From Squalus acanthias (lineage: Eukaryota), in the NCBI GenBank assembly GCA_030390025.1, contig CM059431.1:115632001-115696000 (forward strand): a DNA stretch of 64,000 nucleotides, written 5' to 3'. The first letter of the stretch is position 1. Each line of letters opens with the position of its first letter. The notes under the pieces are model-generated. The model searched no databases. It was not told the origin of the DNA and saw only the letters and a program-made list of their open reading frames with translations. Below are positions 62,034-64,000 of this stretch, in pieces. The position numbers and the translations under genes were made by a program.

Positions 62034-62388
62034 TACCCACCAGGTACATGGTACATACTCATGTGACTCGGCCAACGTTGTCTACCTCATACGTTGCAGG
62101 AAAGAATGCACCGCGGCATGGTACATCGGCGAGACCATGCAGACACTGAGACAACGTATGAACGAGCACCGCGCAACAATCGCCAGGCAGGATTGTTACC
62201 TCCCAGTCGGGGAACACTTCAGCAGTCAAGGACATTCAGCCTCGGATCTGCGGGTAAGCGTTCTCCAAGGCAACCTTAGAAACACACGACAACGCAAAAT
62301 CATCGAGCAGAAACTGATAGCCAAGTTCCGCACTCATGAAGACGGTCTCAACCGGGATCTTGGGTTTATGTCACGATACATGACGTGA
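62034..62388 (+). CDS. GIY-YIG endonuclease domain, the C-terminal fragment of a PLE ORF (within ORF 61999..62388)
   Basis: SCDSANVVYLIRCRKEC..WYIGET..LRQRMNEHR..EHFSSQGH..RKIIEQKLI..GLN: VVY/YIG, conserved Arg, Glu and Asn, and a CCHH motif. No stops. No true start codon. Confidence 0.9.
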
Positions 62389-62721
62389 TCCGGACTCGAG
62401 TCGTCGTTGGCTTGTTCACAGATGTGATTCCCAGTAAAAAAGTAAAAAAAATTTCCCAGTAAAAAAGTAAAATTTTTTAAAGCTTTTCGTTTTACATACA
62501 GACGGCAACTTTTGATACGTTAGAACCCCTGCGACTACACCTCATTGTCTCAGTTGTATCTTGCTATGTCTTTGATGTGGTACCTTCCTGGCTGACTTGA
62601 TTAACTTTATCACACCTCGGCAGATAGTCAGGATGATTTAATTTAGTGGTCTGCAATTGTAAGGTACACATGCTTTGTTCTCTATCTATATATGCTTTGG
62701 CGATTCTGTATCTAATTTACT

Positions 62722-62763
62722 TCACCTGAGGAAGGAGCAATCGATAGCTCCGAAAGCTTGTGA
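62722..62763 (+). ncRNA. Minimal type I hammerhead ribozyme motif (family B)
   Basis: UCAC-CUGAGGA-A-GGAGC(AAUCGAUA)GCUCC-GAAA-GC-UU-GUGA. Predicted cut after 62759. AATAAA follows at 62769-74. Confidence 0.82.
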
Positions 62764-64000
62764 TTTCAAATAAAACTGTTGGACTATAACCTGGTGTTGT
62801 GCGACCTCTCAATTTTGTCCACCCCAGTCCAACACCGGCATCTCCGCATCATATATAACCACCGCAGGGGTTCCAACTGTGCCTGGATTTTATTGTTAGT
62901 TGCAGCAACGGTTTTACAATTACCTTTACTGTACACAACGGAAGGACCCAAAACAAATTCTATTTGTTTGCTTGGACAAGTGTGTTCTGGGCAGATTTCA
63001 AATAGCCATTTGAATGTTATTCCTTATGATCACAACCCACTTTTAGCATTGCCATCTTCTCACCTTTGTAAGAGTAATTCACTTGTTTAATGGATTTAAA
63101 TCATCTAACAAACATCTATCACCTCTCAATGCAAAATGTGGCAGTCTTTCTCTGTCACCAGAGGTTTGAATCCTGGCATGGATTTCTCAGACACGGCACA
63201 TCTTAGTGCAGCTTCTGGGTTTTTGTCCATCAGTTGCGAGCCGCACTCTGACTTCATCAGAATGATTGCTGAGAATGTTGACTCGCACAATGAGATGCAC
63301 CAGACCTGCCCCTCTCTCCATCCAGAACGCAGTTTGGAAACTGTTTGCCCTTTTCCATGACGTGTCGTGCTGGAGCTGCTCGTTATTGGTTGGACTTGCT
63401 TTCTTCTGCTGGCCTGGAGCAGTTATTCCGATTGGTCTGTCTCCATACAATGTTGCTGGTGATTCCATGGTGCTGAAATCTGGTGTTCTCACCCGTGTTA
63501 CACACCATTTTAGCAGATAATCAATTAGCAGTAACCAAGGAAGGAAAGCGCGCACAACGATCAAAAATCACTCGGACACTCAGCTTTACATCTTGCCATT
63601 TTGCCAACAAACGCACAAATAGATTAAAGTTCACATGCGTCATGTCGTGCAAATATGATTATTGAGATCATATGCCCAACGATAGTGTCTATTAATCATC
63701 TTTTATTTACTAATCAAAAATTCAATTAGCCACATGTGACTAATGGCGAATGTAATGGACATCACTCTTCTAAAGTGCCAATCCCTGAAACTTGCTATAA
63801 GAGCATCAGACAGCGTGTGGTGACTGACTCACATTGGAATGTGGCCTGATGTGCTCTCAGAGACAGGTATACTTGCATGAACTTCCACTAGTCTCTATCT
63901 GCCTCTTTTATTAGTGCCTAAATACTTCTTTCGCCTATACTGCAAATACTGGGGACGATGTAATAACTGAATCTTAAATAAGGAGGTATTGGACAGACAG

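Larger units (their letters stand above)
61631..62850 (+). mobile_element. Young Penelope-like element (family B), 5'-truncated with an inverted pseudo-LTR
   Basis: 61631-62033 is the reverse complement of 62385-62790 (about 3 substitutions plus small homopolymer indels). TSD CATATATAACCAC (61618-30, 62850-62). Confidence 0.95.

Overview
Eukaryotic, repeat-dominated, apparently intergenic or intronic vertebrate DNA, almost certainly from a shark or ray: it carries HE1-type V-SINEs, SacSINE1/Deu-type SINEs and elasmobranch-style CR1 and L2 LINEs. I recognise no host protein-coding exon. More than half of the window (by eye) is transposable element, often nested 3-5 levels deep. Main contents: (i) a near-intact two-gene PIF/Harbinger DNA transposon (43731-48044, TTA TSD) with an open 409-aa DDE transposase and a 3-exon Myb/SANT partner gene, plus its non-autonomous derivative, several decayed Harbingers and many Harbinger MITEs; (ii) two families of Penelope-like retroelements (PLEs) carrying minimal hammerhead-ribozyme motifs, including a young copy with ~400-bp inverted arms around a GIY-YIG domain (61631-62850) and a spacer-less 192-bp palindrome of two back-to-back hammerheads (40149-40340); (iii) a single-ORF APE-RT LINE and a short tRNA-headed element built from its 5' and 3' ends; (iv) many CR1, L2 and SINE fragments, a hAT MITE and a probable solo LTR; (v) unique AT-rich islands, one with a PBX/MEIS/HOX motif cluster. 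Family names come from remembered consensus features, not database searches, and boundaries of old fragments are approximate.
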